A DNA stretch of 64,000 nucleotides from Thermodesulfobacteriota bacterium (lineage in GTDB: Bacteria; Desulfobacterota; Dissulfuribacteria; Dissulfuribacterales; QOAL01): NCBI GenBank assembly GCA_013154175.1, contig JAADCZ010000060.1, forward strand, positions 7,530 to 71,529, read 5' to 3'. Positions 29,434-39,626 of this stretch are shown here, in pieces; position 1 is the stretch's first letter; every line of letters begins with the position of its first letter. A program made the position numbers and the translations under genes. The notes beneath the pieces are model-generated. The model made no database searches. It saw only the letters and a list, made by a program, of their open reading frames with translations, and had not been told where the DNA came from.

Positions 29434-30669
29434 TTATGAACCAGAGTTAAGTTTTAAGATCCTGTCAAAAATTCTCTCGGCAACCTCTTCCTTGTGGAGC
29501 AAGGGCAGCTCTTCTATATTTTTGTCCGGATCTATCAGATACACCTTGTTGGTATCCCAATCGAACCCGGCTCCAGGTTCAGTGATATTGTTGGCAACTA
29601 TCAGGTCCAGATTCTTTTGTTCAAGCTTTTTGAAGCCATTTTCAATGAGATCTTCAGTCTCGGCACAAAAACCAACAAGAATCTGGCCTGGTTTTTTCCT
29701 GGCACCAAGTTCCTTCAGGATGTCTGTTGTCTTTTCGAGTCGGATGGTCATCTCCTGGTCAGACTTCTTTATCTTTGAGGCAGAATATGTCACAGGTGAA
29801 TAATCCGCCACTGCAGCAGCCATGATGATGATATCTGCCGCCTCTGCCTCCCTGAAGACTTCCTGGGCCATTTCATTGGCTGTTTCCACCTGAATGGAAC
29901 CAAAATAGGGCGGGGGTTCCATGCAGGTTGGCCCAGTTACGAGGCGTACCCTGGCCCCCCTGATAAAGGCGGTCTTGGCGATGGCAAGGCCCATTTTGCC
30001 AGATGAGCGGTTTGAGATGAATCTTATTGGGTCAATGGGTTCCCTCGTGGGGCCTGAGGTTACGAGGATATTGAGCCCCTTGAGGTCTTTGTGGGCCAGG
30101 GCCTTTCGTATCTGGACAAGAACGGTGTCAAACCCTGGCAGCCTGCCCCTTCCCTTGGCTCCACAGACGACAGTGCCCTCTTCAGGTTCCACTACGACAA
30201 CCCCTCTGTCCCTCAGGCGCTGGATATTGTCCTGAACCGCCGGATTTTCATACATTGCAGGGTTCATCGAGGGAAAGACAAGTTTTTTGGAGTCGAAGCT
30301 TAAGAAGAGTGTGGTGAGGAGATCATCGGCGATACCATTTGCGGTTTTGCCAATTATGTCTGCGCTGGCAGGCAAAATAACGAGAACGTCTCCCCAGTTT
30401 GCCAGTTCGATATGGGGCATGAAACTGGGGTTGTTTTGGTCAAACATGGAGTGGAAGCAAGGGTTTCCAGTGAGGGCCGAAAAGGTCAGGGGAGTTACGA
30501 ATCTGGCCCCATTTTCAGTCAGAACAACCTTGATGTTTGCCCCCAGTTTCTTAAGGCCCCTTATGTAATCCGCGGCCTTGAAGGCGGCAATACCGCCGCT
30601 TATGCCAAATACGATGTTTTTCCCCTCCAAGGGTCTAAAGACGTGTGGCTCTTTGCAATGATTTGTCAT
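29434..30669 (-). CDS. coaBC: bifunctional phosphopantothenoylcysteine decarboxylase / phosphopantothenate--cysteine ligase
   Basis: N-terminal flavoprotein domain (GISGGIAAFKA) and C-terminal DFP ligase domain (VTSGPTREPIDPIRFISNRSSGKMG). Confidence 0.95.
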   Translation of the reverse strand: MTNHCKEPHVFRPLEGKNIVFGISGGIAAFKAADYIRGLKKLGANIKVVLTENGARFVTPLTFSALTGNPCFHSMFDQNNPSFMPHIELANWGDVLVILPASADIIGKTANGIADDLLTTLFLSFDSKKLVFPSMNPAMYENPAVQDNIQRLRDRGVVVVEPEEGTVVCGAKGRGRLPGFDTVLVQIRKALAHKDLKGLNILVTSGPTREPIDPIRFISNRSSGKMGLAIAKTAFIRGARVRLVTGPTCMEPPPYFGSIQVETANEMAQEVFREAEAADIIIMAAAVADYSPVTYSASKIKKSDQEMTIRLEKTTDILKELGARKKPGQILVGFCAETEDLIENGFKKLEQKNLDLIVANNITEPGAGFDWDTNKVYLIDPDKNIEELPLLHKEEVAERIFDRILKLNSGS

Positions 30670-30670
30670 T

Positions 30671-31183
30671 TTAACCCTCGAAGACTATGAGCTCTTCCAT
30701 TGGTTTTCTGCGGGATTTTTGATCCTTCCTGGCTGGATGCCCCAGGGCGATGACTGCCATGAGTTCCAGGTTGTCCCCAAGTCCAAGGAGTTCCCTTATC
30801 TCCTTGTCGCTCTTCAATATTTCCCCAAGCCAGACACCACCAAGTCCCAGGCTGTGTATTGCCAAGAGCATATTCTCCAGACAGGCACCTATGGCCTGAT
30901 GGTCTTTGACCGGGTGGTACATTGCCTCCTTGTCGATAAAGACAGGCAGGAGCACTGCTGCACCCTTGATTATTCGCGAATATTTTGTGAGGGGTTCAAA
31001 TTTTGCCTTGAGATCTGGAGATTTGACTATTGCAAAACGCCAGGGTTGATTATTCAGCCCAGAGGGCGCCCACATCCCTGCCTTTATTATCTCGCGGATG
31101 AGACTGTCGTCTACCGGCTCGTCTGTATATTCTCTTACGCTCCTTCTTGAATAAATTGCTTCAAGTACTGGATTTTCTGCCAT
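30671..31183 (-). CDS. nitroreductase family protein
   Basis: RRSVREY...WAPSGLNNQPWRF motif. ATG 31183 is preceded by SD AAGGAG. The track start at 31207 is TTG, upstream of the SD. Confidence 0.85.
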   Translation of the reverse strand: MAENPVLEAIYSRRSVREYTDEPVDDSLIREIIKAGMWAPSGLNNQPWRFAIVKSPDLKAKFEPLTKYSRIIKGAAVLLPVFIDKEAMYHPVKDHQAIGACLENMLLAIHSLGLGGVWLGEILKSDKEIRELLGLGDNLELMAVIALGHPARKDQKSRRKPMEELIVFEG

Positions 31184-31288
31184 TTTTACTCCTTCCTCAC
31201 TGTGCAAATAGATCCTCTTCTGTCTCTATTTTAACATCCACCAATAGCCGGCGAAATAGATTAAATTCCTTAGTTGCAAGTTAAAATT

Positions 31289-31307
31289 GATAATTAAAGT
31301 TATAATG
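31289..31307 (+). promoter_or_regulatory. Fur-box-like AT-rich element overlapping a TATAAT hexamer upstream of the TonB-dependent receptor
   Basis: GATAATTAAAGTTATAATG matches about 13/19 positions of the classical GATAATGATAATCATTATC box. TATAAT at 31301-31306. Confidence 0.3.
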
Positions 31308-31386
31308 CTTGTCTTTTTTAGGTTAATATAAGTAAAATGTAAAATAATTTCAAAGAAACTGGCAAAACAGCGAGGTTTCTTCCATC

Positions 31387-33453
31387 ATGCAGATTCCATC
31401 CACTTTATGTTCAAAGGGCCGTCTGGCCGTCTTTGTTGGAGTTTTTGCCCTGATTTCACTCTTCGTAGCCTTTACCCCTACGTTGACACTGGCTTGTTCC
31501 GGCAAGGAGGACAAGCTTGAGGGCTTGTTGTCAATGGACCTCGAGGAGCTGATGAATGTGGAGGTGACGTCTGCATTCAAAAAGCCGCAAAATTTTCGGA
31601 ATATTCCTGCTGCTGTTTACGTTATCACTTCTGAAGACATTCGTCGTTCTGGTGCAGAGACGATTCCCGAGGCACTCAGAATGGTTCCTGGAGTGAATGT
31701 GGCAAAGCTGGACAATGGGAATTGGGCTGTATCCATCAGGGGGTTCAATGGGCTTTTTTCAGACAAGCTCCTTGTCTTGATGGATGGAAGAACCCTCTAT
31801 GACCCCCTGTTTTCAGGGGTGTTTTGGGACGTTCAGGATACTGTACTAGAGGATATCGAACGAATAGAGGTGATAAGGGGCCCTGGAGCGAGTATCTGGG
31901 GAACAAACGCTGTAAATGGCGTAATTAACATAATCACAAAGAATGCATCAGATACAGTGGGGGGGATGGTGAGTGTTTCTGGAGGTAATCAAAATCGAGG
32001 AACCCTGTCGGCCAGATATGGTGTTCGCATGGGCGATGTTGGTGCCACAAGATTTTATGTAAAGACCTTTAAGCGTCATCAACAGGTGCAAAGTGATGGA
32101 TCAACGGCCTGGGATGACTGGTTCATGGACAGGGTAGGGTTTCGTTCTGATCTCAAGTTGCCCGAGGCAAACACAGTCTCCCTGAAGGGGGAGATGTACA
32201 CTGGAAGGGGTACGAACAAGCTTGTCGGGCTAGATCGCACATATTCAAAGCATGTAATCCAGAAGAATAACGTGCCTGTCTCAGGCGGTTATTTAGTCAG
32301 CGACTTCGGTCATAGGTTCAGGAAGGGCCTGGATCTGTTCTTCAGGTTTTACTACGACCATACAGAGCGCAAGTTTTCAAAGCTTACATCCCAGACCAGG
32401 GACACAATCGATTTTGAGTTCAAGAATCACTGGTGTGTAGGCGAGCTCGTGGATTTTGTATGGGGTGGAACGTACCGGCATACCAGCGATGACATTCCTA
32501 TGAGTCATGGCCACACTGGCTATGGTTCATTCATACCCAGAAGGCGTAAGGATGATCTTTTCAGCCTTTTTCTCCAAAATGAATTCAAATTCTGGCTTGA
32601 AAGGCTCCGGTTCATAACTGGAGTGAGGTTGGACCATTACAACTACTCGGGTCTAGAGGCACAGCCAACCTTCAGGTTTCTCTATTCCCTAGGCTCTCAT
32701 CAGGATTTGTGGATGGCAGTATCCAGGGCGGTCAGGAGCCCTAGCAGATACAACCGGGATGCAATTTGGATCCTTGGGCCTCCTGCCAACGACATTCCTG
32801 CCCCAGGCGCCATTATGGTTTTCAGGGGAAGTGACGATTATAAGAGCGAAAAGGTTTGGTCGTATGAAATGGGATACAGATGGAGATCGGGCAAGAATCT
32901 CACGGTCGATGTAACGGGTTTTGCAAATTTTTACACGGATCTCTTTTCAGGTACAGTGGGAACTCCTTTTGAACATCACGGATATGAGATAACCCCCATA
33001 GACCCAGGAAATCATGGAGAGGGTAACACCTATGGTGTGGAACTGACCTCCAATGTAAAACCCTTCAAGTGGTGGAGGGTTGAACTTTCCTACTCCTATT
33101 TGGATTGCAACTTCTGGGTGAAATCCAAATATCGGAACAATACCGAGTTGACTGTGCATTACATGGCTTCGCCTCACCACAAGGTCTCGGTGAGATCCTA
33201 TATGGACCTGACATCCAGCATGGAACTGGATGTGTGGCTTCGTTACACCTCGAGTCTTTCACGCTTGGATATCCCGGCCTATACAGGTCTGGACATCAGG
33301 TTCGGATATCACCCGTCCAAGCAATTGGAATTTTCAATCGATGGCAAGGACCTCCTGGATCCTTATCATCCTGAATTTCGCGACGAGTTCTTGCACGTTG
33401 TGGACACAGAGGTTCCCCGTTCCGTAAATGCCAAGATTACGTGGCATTTCTAG
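31387..33453 (+). CDS. TonB-dependent outer-membrane receptor
   Basis: Signal peptide and plug domain (IPAAVYVITSEDIRRSGAETIPEALRMVPGVNV...IRGFNG...VLMDGRTLY...IERIEVIRGPGASIWGTNAVNGVINIITK). Beta-barrel ends in ...ITWHF. Confidence 0.9.
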   Translation: MQIPSTLCSKGRLAVFVGVFALISLFVAFTPTLTLACSGKEDKLEGLLSMDLEELMNVEVTSAFKKPQNFRNIPAAVYVITSEDIRRSGAETIPEALRMVPGVNVAKLDNGNWAVSIRGFNGLFSDKLLVLMDGRTLYDPLFSGVFWDVQDTVLEDIERIEVIRGPGASIWGTNAVNGVINIITKNASDTVGGMVSVSGGNQNRGTLSARYGVRMGDVGATRFYVKTFKRHQQVQSDGSTAWDDWFMDRVGFRSDLKLPEANTVSLKGEMYTGRGTNKLVGLDRTYSKHVIQKNNVPVSGGYLVSDFGHRFRKGLDLFFRFYYDHTERKFSKLTSQTRDTIDFEFKNHWCVGELVDFVWGGTYRHTSDDIPMSHGHTGYGSFIPRRRKDDLFSLFLQNEFKFWLERLRFITGVRLDHYNYSGLEAQPTFRFLYSLGSHQDLWMAVSRAVRSPSRYNRDAIWILGPPANDIPAPGAIMVFRGSDDYKSEKVWSYEMGYRWRSGKNLTVDVTGFANFYTDLFSGTVGTPFEHHGYEITPIDPGNHGEGNTYGVELTSNVKPFKWWRVELSYSYLDCNFWVKSKYRNNTELTVHYMASPHHKVSVRSYMDLTSSMELDVWLRYTSSLSRLDIPAYTGLDIRFGYHPSKQLEFSIDGKDLLDPYHPEFRDEFLHVVDTEVPRSVNAKITWHF

Positions 33454-33464
33454 AGGTTTGAGCC

Positions 33465-34043
33465 ATGTCAGGACCACCCTACAAACATAAAATTCTGCTC
33501 AGCCGCCTGGTGCATGGGAGTTTTTTGGTGTCCTTGATGGCGTTGATCTTCCTGTTTCCTTTGTCAGTCACCAAGGGAAAGGAATCCTTTGTCAGCACAG
33601 AATGTGAACTGAAGACGGCCTTTATTTACCAATTCACCAAATATGTCAGCTGGCCAAAGTCCAAAAAGGACAAGGATCGCCTCATAATTGGGGTAATAGC
33701 CCGTGAACATATGTTCAATGCAATAAAGAAGCTCGATGGGAAACTAAGTCAGGGCATGAAAATTTCGGTAATATCCATGAAGGATTATTCACAATTGGAT
33801 GGTATCGATATACTATACATTGAAAGTTGGTTTCCCATTAAAGAGGAGTTGGTAAAAAAGGCTGTAAAGCATCATGTCCTGACCATATCAGACCGTAATG
33901 ATGCCGCTGAAAAGGGCATTATAATAGCTCTATATATGGCTGATTCCAGGCTTAGGTTTGATGTTAACCTGAAAGTGGCAGATGCTAGCAGTCTTAGGCT
34001 CAGTAGCAGATTGCTCAGGTTGGCACACAAACTTATTATATGA
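33465..34043 (+). CDS. YfiR-family (DUF4154) periplasmic protein
   Basis: Signal/TM segment followed by [19 protein letters not shown], which I recognise as characteristic of DUF4154/YfiR. 4-nt overlap with the downstream kinase gene. Confidence 0.7.
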   Translation: MSGPPYKHKILLSRLVHGSFLVSLMALIFLFPLSVTKGKESFVSTECELKTAFIYQFTKYVSWPKSKKDKDRLIIGVIAREHMFNAIKKLDGKLSQGMKISVISMKDYSQLDGIDILYIESWFPIKEELVKKAVKHHVLTISDRNDAAEKGIIIALYMADSRLRFDVNLKVADASSLRLSSRLLRLAHKLII

Positions 34044-36835
34044 ACATTTTTACCTCGATTGAGCATAAAATTGCCTTTTTCATGGGGCTAGTTGCGGTAT
34101 CTGTGCTCTTTGCATGTGCTCTTTTGTTTCTTGGCTATTACTTTTGGGACAGCCAGGTTCAGCATCGTCTTCAAACCTCTGTGCTCACCAGGGTCATTGG
34201 GTCAAACTGTGCTGCAGCCATCAGCTTCAAAGATGACGAGGCTGCCAGGGAAACTCTCTCCCCCCTAATGTCCATGACGGACATAAGTCAGGCGTGTCTC
34301 TTCTTTAAGGACGGCACCCGTTTCGTGTGTCTGTACCGTCCGAAATTTATAAACAGTTTGAATGACTTGAGACTTGAATCTTCCCATAGAGACAAGGGAA
34401 CCTTCAGCCTTTCCTCACTTTTTACAAACTATCACGACTGCCTAGAAGAGATTACCTGGAAGGGGGAAAAGGTCGGATATATCTGGGTAAGAAAGGACCT
34501 TTCCCATTTTTACGAGGCATTTAAGTCCACGGCCATTTTAGTTGGATTCGTCACGATGGTCATTGCACTCATTTGTCTTCTCATTGCCGGATACCTGGGA
34601 AATAGACTTGTTCGGCCAATTAACAAACTCATAGCCTCGGTGCAAGAGATAGCCAATGCAGGGGACTATTCCCACCGGGTGGAAAAGACCTCAGAGGATG
34701 AGCTTGGACTGCTTATTGAACAGTTCAATCTCATGCTGGATAAGATTCAAAACAGGGATACCCTGTTGAAAAAGAGCCAGCAGGATCTCGAGCAGAAGGT
34801 GGCCGACAGGACTAAAGAGCTTTCCCGCATCAATAGGGAACTCGAAAGTCTCGTCATCAAATATAAGGAAGCCAAGGACAAGGCAGAAGAGGCCAACAAG
34901 GCCAAGAGTCGTTTTCTTGCAAATATGAGTCATGAGATCCGGACCCCTATGAATGGTGTCCTGGGCATGGCGGAAATCCTTTTGAATACAGATCTCACCC
35001 CAAGGCAGCGCCAGCTAGTCGAGTCCATCTTGAAGTCGGGTGAAATCCTCTTAAGCATCATCAATGACATTTTGGATTTTTCCCGCATGGAAGCCGGGAA
35101 GATCATGTTAAAGGAGGAACCCTTCTGCATTCTCGATCTTGCCAAGGAAATTATAGAGTTGTTCCAGATTCAGGCCCAGAAGAAAGGGGTGAATATATAT
35201 CTTGCGTGGGATAAGGAGATTCCCCGGACAATCCTTGGTGATGCTGACAAACTGAAGGAGATTTTGATTAATTTGGTTGGCAATGCAGTCAAGTTCACAG
35301 AAAACGAGAATATCATCATTCGCATAAAGATGGGTGGCTCTAGCAGCTGCGGCAGGGGCAAAGTGCTACTCTTTTTGGAGGTGGAAGACAGGGGGATTGG
35401 AATCTCCAAGGATAGACAATCTGCCATATTCAACGCCTTTTCCCAGGCGGATCAGTCCTCCTCGAAATCCTACGAAGGAACAGGCCTTGGCCTTGCCATA
35501 GTAAAGGGCATCATTGAGAGAATGGGTGGCTCCATCGAGGTCAAGAGCGAACTAGGGTATGGCTCCCGCTTTATCTGCCGTATACCCTTTGACCTGCCAG
35601 AGGACGTCCCTGCTATCCACGAGCCTGAACCAAGGGCAAGTCAGAGGGCTTTGGTCCTTGCCTTTGAACCATTCCTGAGGGAACAGATTGAGTCGGTTCT
35701 GGAAGAACTTAACTTCGACTATACCTTTATGGAAGAAGTGAATGATCTTTGGAAATCCCTGTCAGAGGATCCCACTCCTCAATGGATAATAGTTGATGTG
35801 GATGGTCTTGAGGAAAAGGAGCTAAAGTCCCTTGAGCGATTAACTGATAAAGGCTCCTTTGTTTGTCTCATTGGTCAGAACGAACCCCAGGGCATAGATG
35901 GAAGAAGATGTACCTTTGTAAAAAAGGCCGATGCTTACGTCAAACTTGGCGAGGTTCTGGCAAAGACCAGTGCCGAAGAAGAAAGGGAAGCGGTACAAGC
36001 AAAGGATGTCGCAAAGCCCAGTGAGCCCAGCGACAAGTTCAGGGGCATTCGTGTACTAGTGGTCGAGGATAATCCCATCAACCGCCAGCTATGTTTGGAG
36101 ATGTTTTCTTCCCTTGGGTGCGATACCGCCATCGCTGCAGACGGTAATGAGGCCCTGGATATCCTTGAAAAACAACGCTTTGACATCGTTTTCATGGATT
36201 GTCAGATGCCAGTTCTCGATGGCTACAAGACAACCGAGATTTACAGGAGCAAGGAAAAGGAAGGTCATTTGCCAATAGTAGCCCTTACTGCCTATGCCAT
36301 GGAAGAGGATAGACAAAAGTGTTTGGCTGCGGGAATGGACGACTATCTGGCCAAGCCCTTCAAACTTAGTCAGCTAAAAGAGATGTTGATGAAATGGGTT
36401 TGTCGAGATGGTGATGGAAAGGAGGTTCCCTCATTTCAGGAACATCAGCAACCTGTCGACCCGCCAGCCACAGATTCAATTGTGGATCTCACCGTGGTTC
36501 AAGAGCTCATATCTTTGGAGAAAGCTTCTGGCAGAAGGGTCTTTTCAAAGACACTCGAGACCTTTTTTGAGAAGAGTCCCAAGTATATCAAGGCAATGGA
36601 GCAGGCACTGAAAAACCGCGACCACAAAAGCCTCGCATACAATGCCCATACCTTCAAGGGCACAACTGGTTTTCTGGGTGCCCTGAACCTTAGCAGACTC
36701 TGTTATCAAATGGAGTCCAAGGCCAAGGAAAAGGCCCTTGATGGACTTGATAAGCTGCTGGCACAAATAAAGGAAGAATATGAAAAGGTTGAGGGCTTTT
36801 TGTCTGACCTCCTTGAGAAACAGTTCCAGGTATGA
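34040..36835 (+). CDS. hybrid sensor histidine kinase / response regulator (periplasmic sensor-HAMP-HisKA-HATPase-degenerate REC-REC-Hpt)
   Basis: Two TM segments flank an about 140-aa periplasmic domain. HAMP and coiled coil follow, then H-box [15 protein letters not shown] boxes ([23 protein letters not shown]), REC ([11 protein letters not shown]...[11 protein letters not shown]...KPF) and Hpt ([14 protein letters not shown]). Confidence 0.9.
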   Translation: MNIFTSIEHKIAFFMGLVAVSVLFACALLFLGYYFWDSQVQHRLQTSVLTRVIGSNCAAAISFKDDEAARETLSPLMSMTDISQACLFFKDGTRFVCLYRPKFINSLNDLRLESSHRDKGTFSLSSLFTNYHDCLEEITWKGEKVGYIWVRKDLSHFYEAFKSTAILVGFVTMVIALICLLIAGYLGNRLVRPINKLIASVQEIANAGDYSHRVEKTSEDELGLLIEQFNLMLDKIQNRDTLLKKSQQDLEQKVADRTKELSRINRELESLVIKYKEAKDKAEEANKAKSRFLANMSHEIRTPMNGVLGMAEILLNTDLTPRQRQLVESILKSGEILLSIINDILDFSRMEAGKIMLKEEPFCILDLAKEIIELFQIQAQKKGVNIYLAWDKEIPRTILGDADKLKEILINLVGNAVKFTENENIIIRIKMGGSSSCGRGKVLLFLEVEDRGIGISKDRQSAIFNAFSQADQSSSKSYEGTGLGLAIVKGIIERMGGSIEVKSELGYGSRFICRIPFDLPEDVPAIHEPEPRASQRALVLAFEPFLREQIESVLEELNFDYTFMEEVNDLWKSLSEDPTPQWIIVDVDGLEEKELKSLERLTDKGSFVCLIGQNEPQGIDGRRCTFVKKADAYVKLGEVLAKTSAEEEREAVQAKDVAKPSEPSDKFRGIRVLVVEDNPINRQLCLEMFSSLGCDTAIAADGNEALDILEKQRFDIVFMDCQMPVLDGYKTTEIYRSKEKEGHLPIVALTAYAMEEDRQKCLAAGMDDYLAKPFKLSQLKEMLMKWVCRDGDGKEVPSFQEHQQPVDPPATDSIVDLTVVQELISLEKASGRRVFSKTLETFFEKSPKYIKAMEQALKNRDHKSLAYNAHTFKGTTGFLGALNLSRLCYQMESKAKEKALDGLDKLLAQIKEEYEKVEGFLSDLLEKQFQV

Positions 36836-37060
36836 GGTGTCTGCCTAGGAGGTGTATGGGAAAATTTCCATTATAAGTGAACAATAGTCATTGTCGAAAA
36901 TGTGGGGCCCACTTCAAAGGTCGCTCTTCGAGCCACTCGCTAATCGCCCTTTTAATCCTGCCAAAATAAATTTATCTTAAAACCAAAGCAGTCTCAGGTA
37001 ATTCTTTCATCGGTTTTACTTATTGATTTCCGGAAGTTAAATGGCATCTTAAAATATTCT

Positions 37061-37792
37061 ATGACACCAAGATACAGAATCGGGACAAGTGGCTGGAATT
37101 ACGAAACTTTTATAGGCAGCATATACACCAAGGATACCCCTAAAAGGCGTTATCTGGAGGTCTATGCTGAATTTTTCGACACAGTTGAATTAAATGCAAC
37201 CTTCTACAGGTCCTATCCAGAAAAGACTTGGCTTGGCTGGTACAATCGCACTCCAAAGGATTTTCTCTGGTCGGTCAAGGCCCCAAGGCTCATCACCCAT
37301 GTAAAGCGTCTCGATGTGGAAAAAGATTCCATAGACATGTTTTTTGATAGGGCGCGCATCCTCAGGGAAAAGCTAGGGGTCGTGCTTTTTCAGCTTCCTC
37401 CAAGCCTTGAATATCAGGGGGATATATTTCGTTCCTTCCTTTTAAAGTTGCCGGATGATTGCAAGATGGCCCTTGAGGCCAGAAATGAATCGTGGTTTTG
37501 CCAAGAGGTTTTCTCCGAGCTTTCGGCAAGAAATATTGCCTGGGTGATTAGCCATAGCTCTGGAAGATATCCCATGAAAGAGATATTTACGGCTGATTTC
37601 ACTTACTTGCGTCTTCATGGCGCAAGCGGACTTTACAGGGGTGCCTATGGCCAGCAGGGGCTAAAGCACTGGAGAGATCTCCTTTTGGATTTTGGAAAGG
37701 ATGCCTTCGTATATTTTGACAATACGGAAGATGGCAGTGCCCCAAGGGATGCCTTGCTATTTAAGGAAATGATGCAAAATGGAGTGGTCTAA
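37061..37792 (+). CDS. DUF72 (YecE-like) domain protein
   Basis: IGTSGWNY...YAEFFDTVELNATFY...VLFQLPPS pattern typical of DUF72. Confidence 0.8.
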   Translation: MTPRYRIGTSGWNYETFIGSIYTKDTPKRRYLEVYAEFFDTVELNATFYRSYPEKTWLGWYNRTPKDFLWSVKAPRLITHVKRLDVEKDSIDMFFDRARILREKLGVVLFQLPPSLEYQGDIFRSFLLKLPDDCKMALEARNESWFCQEVFSELSARNIAWVISHSSGRYPMKEIFTADFTYLRLHGASGLYRGAYGQQGLKHWRDLLLDFGKDAFVYFDNTEDGSAPRDALLFKEMMQNGVV

Positions 37793-39623
37793 GAGGGCTC
37801 TTAAATACGATCTAAGTAGCGGGTTTGATGCGTCTTTTCTGCCAAAAAGCCCGGGCGTCTACATCTTTCAGGATGACTCTGGCAAATATCTCTATGTGGG
37901 AAAGGCCAAGAGCCTGAGAAACCGGGTTTCATCCTACTTCCGACAAGGTGCTCAACATGCCCCAAAGACGGCCTTGATGCTCAAAAAGGCCCGCTATCTG
38001 GACATTGTGGTAACGGCATCGGAAAGGGAGGCATTGATTCTTGAGGCCGAGCTCATAGGTGAGCTCAAGCCCCGCTACAATATTCGACTTCGGGACGACA
38101 AGGCATATCCCTTTCTCAAGATAGGTGTCAGATCACCCTTTCCACGCATTAGCCTCGCTAGGAAAAGGCAAAGGGATGGAGCGATTTATTTTGGTCCATA
38201 TACTTCCGCAAAGGAGTTGCGGCGTACCCTGGACCTAATTACCACCCTTTTTGGAATACGGACCTGCACGGACTCAATTATGAAAAACAGATCGCGGCCT
38301 TGTCTCAAGTTTCAGGTGGGCAAATGTTCTGCACCATGTACCGGGCAGGTGACCAAGGATGAGTACCAGAACGAAATAAAGAGGGTCAGGGCATTTCTCG
38401 GGGGTAAGACCAGGGGGATAATCGCGGATTTGAAAAAGGAGATGGAGAAAGCCGCCCAGGAGCTTGATTTCGAAAGGGCTGCCCTCTTGCGTGACAGAAT
38501 ACAGGCCATAGAGGGTGTCGTTGGTGAGCAGGTGGTTGTCTCTTCCCAGCGTTTTAGTGCAGACATCATCTTTTTGGAAGAGCATGGGGATATTGCCCAG
38601 GCGGCTGTACTCAAGGTCAGGGAGGGCATCCTCAGGGAGAAGCACGCCTTTGGTCTTGAAAAGGGGCTTCAAGAAGGGGGGCAGCGGTTATACTCGCAGT
38701 TTCTGCGCCTTTATTATTCAGGAAACGAGATCCCTCGTGAGGTGGTGTTGCCAGATTCCCTTTCTCCGCAGGTCCTCGAGGAGCTTGGCAATTTCCTTAC
38801 TGAATTAAAGGGCCGGGAGGTTTTGGTAAGGACTGCAAAGTCAGGGGTGAGGAGGCGGCTTCTCGATACGGCACGGCTAAATGCTGTTCAGACCCTGGGT
38901 CTTGAGCTATCTAGGCAGAAACAGTGGGATGAGCTTTCAAAGGAGCTCAAGTCCTGTTTTCAGCTAAAAAAGGTGCCATATCACGTTGAGGGTGTGGACA
39001 TTTCAAATACCTCTGGCCTCGATTCCATTGGAAGCCTCGTGTGTTTCAAGGGGGGAAAGTCTTTCAAGGCGGGGTATCGCCACTATAACCTTTCTGCTCC
39101 TGGGCCAGATGACTATGCCATGATACATGAGGTGGTGATGCGAAGGCTAAAAAGTGGCATATCAAAGGAAGACCTGCCGGATCTTCTAATAATTGACGGG
39201 GGAAAGGGCCAGCTCTCCATGGCCCTTCAGGCTGCAAAAGACCTTGGGGTTGAAGACAGCCTTGATCTGATTTCCATTGCAAAGGACAGGGGAGGGGAAG
39301 GGGAGAAGATCTATCTCCCTGGGGTTGAGGAGCCCCTTTTTCTTGCTAGAGAGAGTAGGGTGTTGAGGTTTTGCCAAAGGGTAAGGGATGAGGCCCACAG
39401 GTTTGGCCTTATGAGGCACAGAAAGAAGCGTTCAAAAAAGACCCTTACGTCTCATTTGGATAATGTGCCAGGTATTGGGCCAAAGAGGAGGCGCAAGCTT
39501 CTGGAGCATTTTGGCAGTGTCAGGGCGATCAAATCGGCAAGTCTGCAAGAGATCGAGTCTGTGCCAGGTCTTCCAAAAAGCGTGGCAAGGGCCCTTTATA
39601 ACGCGCTTCAGCAAGAGGCATAA
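37779..39623 (+). CDS. uvrC: excinuclease ABC subunit C
   Basis: GIY-YIG domain (GVYIFQD...YVGKAKSLRNRV), UVR domain, RNase H-like endonuclease domain and C-terminal (HhH)2 (VPGIGPKRRRKLLEHFGS). Confidence 0.95.
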   Translation: MEWSKRALKYDLSSGFDASFLPKSPGVYIFQDDSGKYLYVGKAKSLRNRVSSYFRQGAQHAPKTALMLKKARYLDIVVTASEREALILEAELIGELKPRYNIRLRDDKAYPFLKIGVRSPFPRISLARKRQRDGAIYFGPYTSAKELRRTLDLITTLFGIRTCTDSIMKNRSRPCLKFQVGKCSAPCTGQVTKDEYQNEIKRVRAFLGGKTRGIIADLKKEMEKAAQELDFERAALLRDRIQAIEGVVGEQVVVSSQRFSADIIFLEEHGDIAQAAVLKVREGILREKHAFGLEKGLQEGGQRLYSQFLRLYYSGNEIPREVVLPDSLSPQVLEELGNFLTELKGREVLVRTAKSGVRRRLLDTARLNAVQTLGLELSRQKQWDELSKELKSCFQLKKVPYHVEGVDISNTSGLDSIGSLVCFKGGKSFKAGYRHYNLSAPGPDDYAMIHEVVMRRLKSGISKEDLPDLLIIDGGKGQLSMALQAAKDLGVEDSLDLISIAKDRGGEGEKIYLPGVEEPLFLARESRVLRFCQRVRDEAHRFGLMRHRKKRSKKTLTSHLDNVPGIGPKRRRKLLEHFGSVRAIKSASLQEIESVPGLPKSVARALYNALQQEA

Positions 39624-39626
39624 AGA

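Noticed and set aside
37030-37060. TGGCAT motif upstream of the DUF72 gene as a possible sigma-54 -24 element
   Set aside because: There is no TTGC -12 element at the required spacing (TGGCAT-CTTAA-AATAT).
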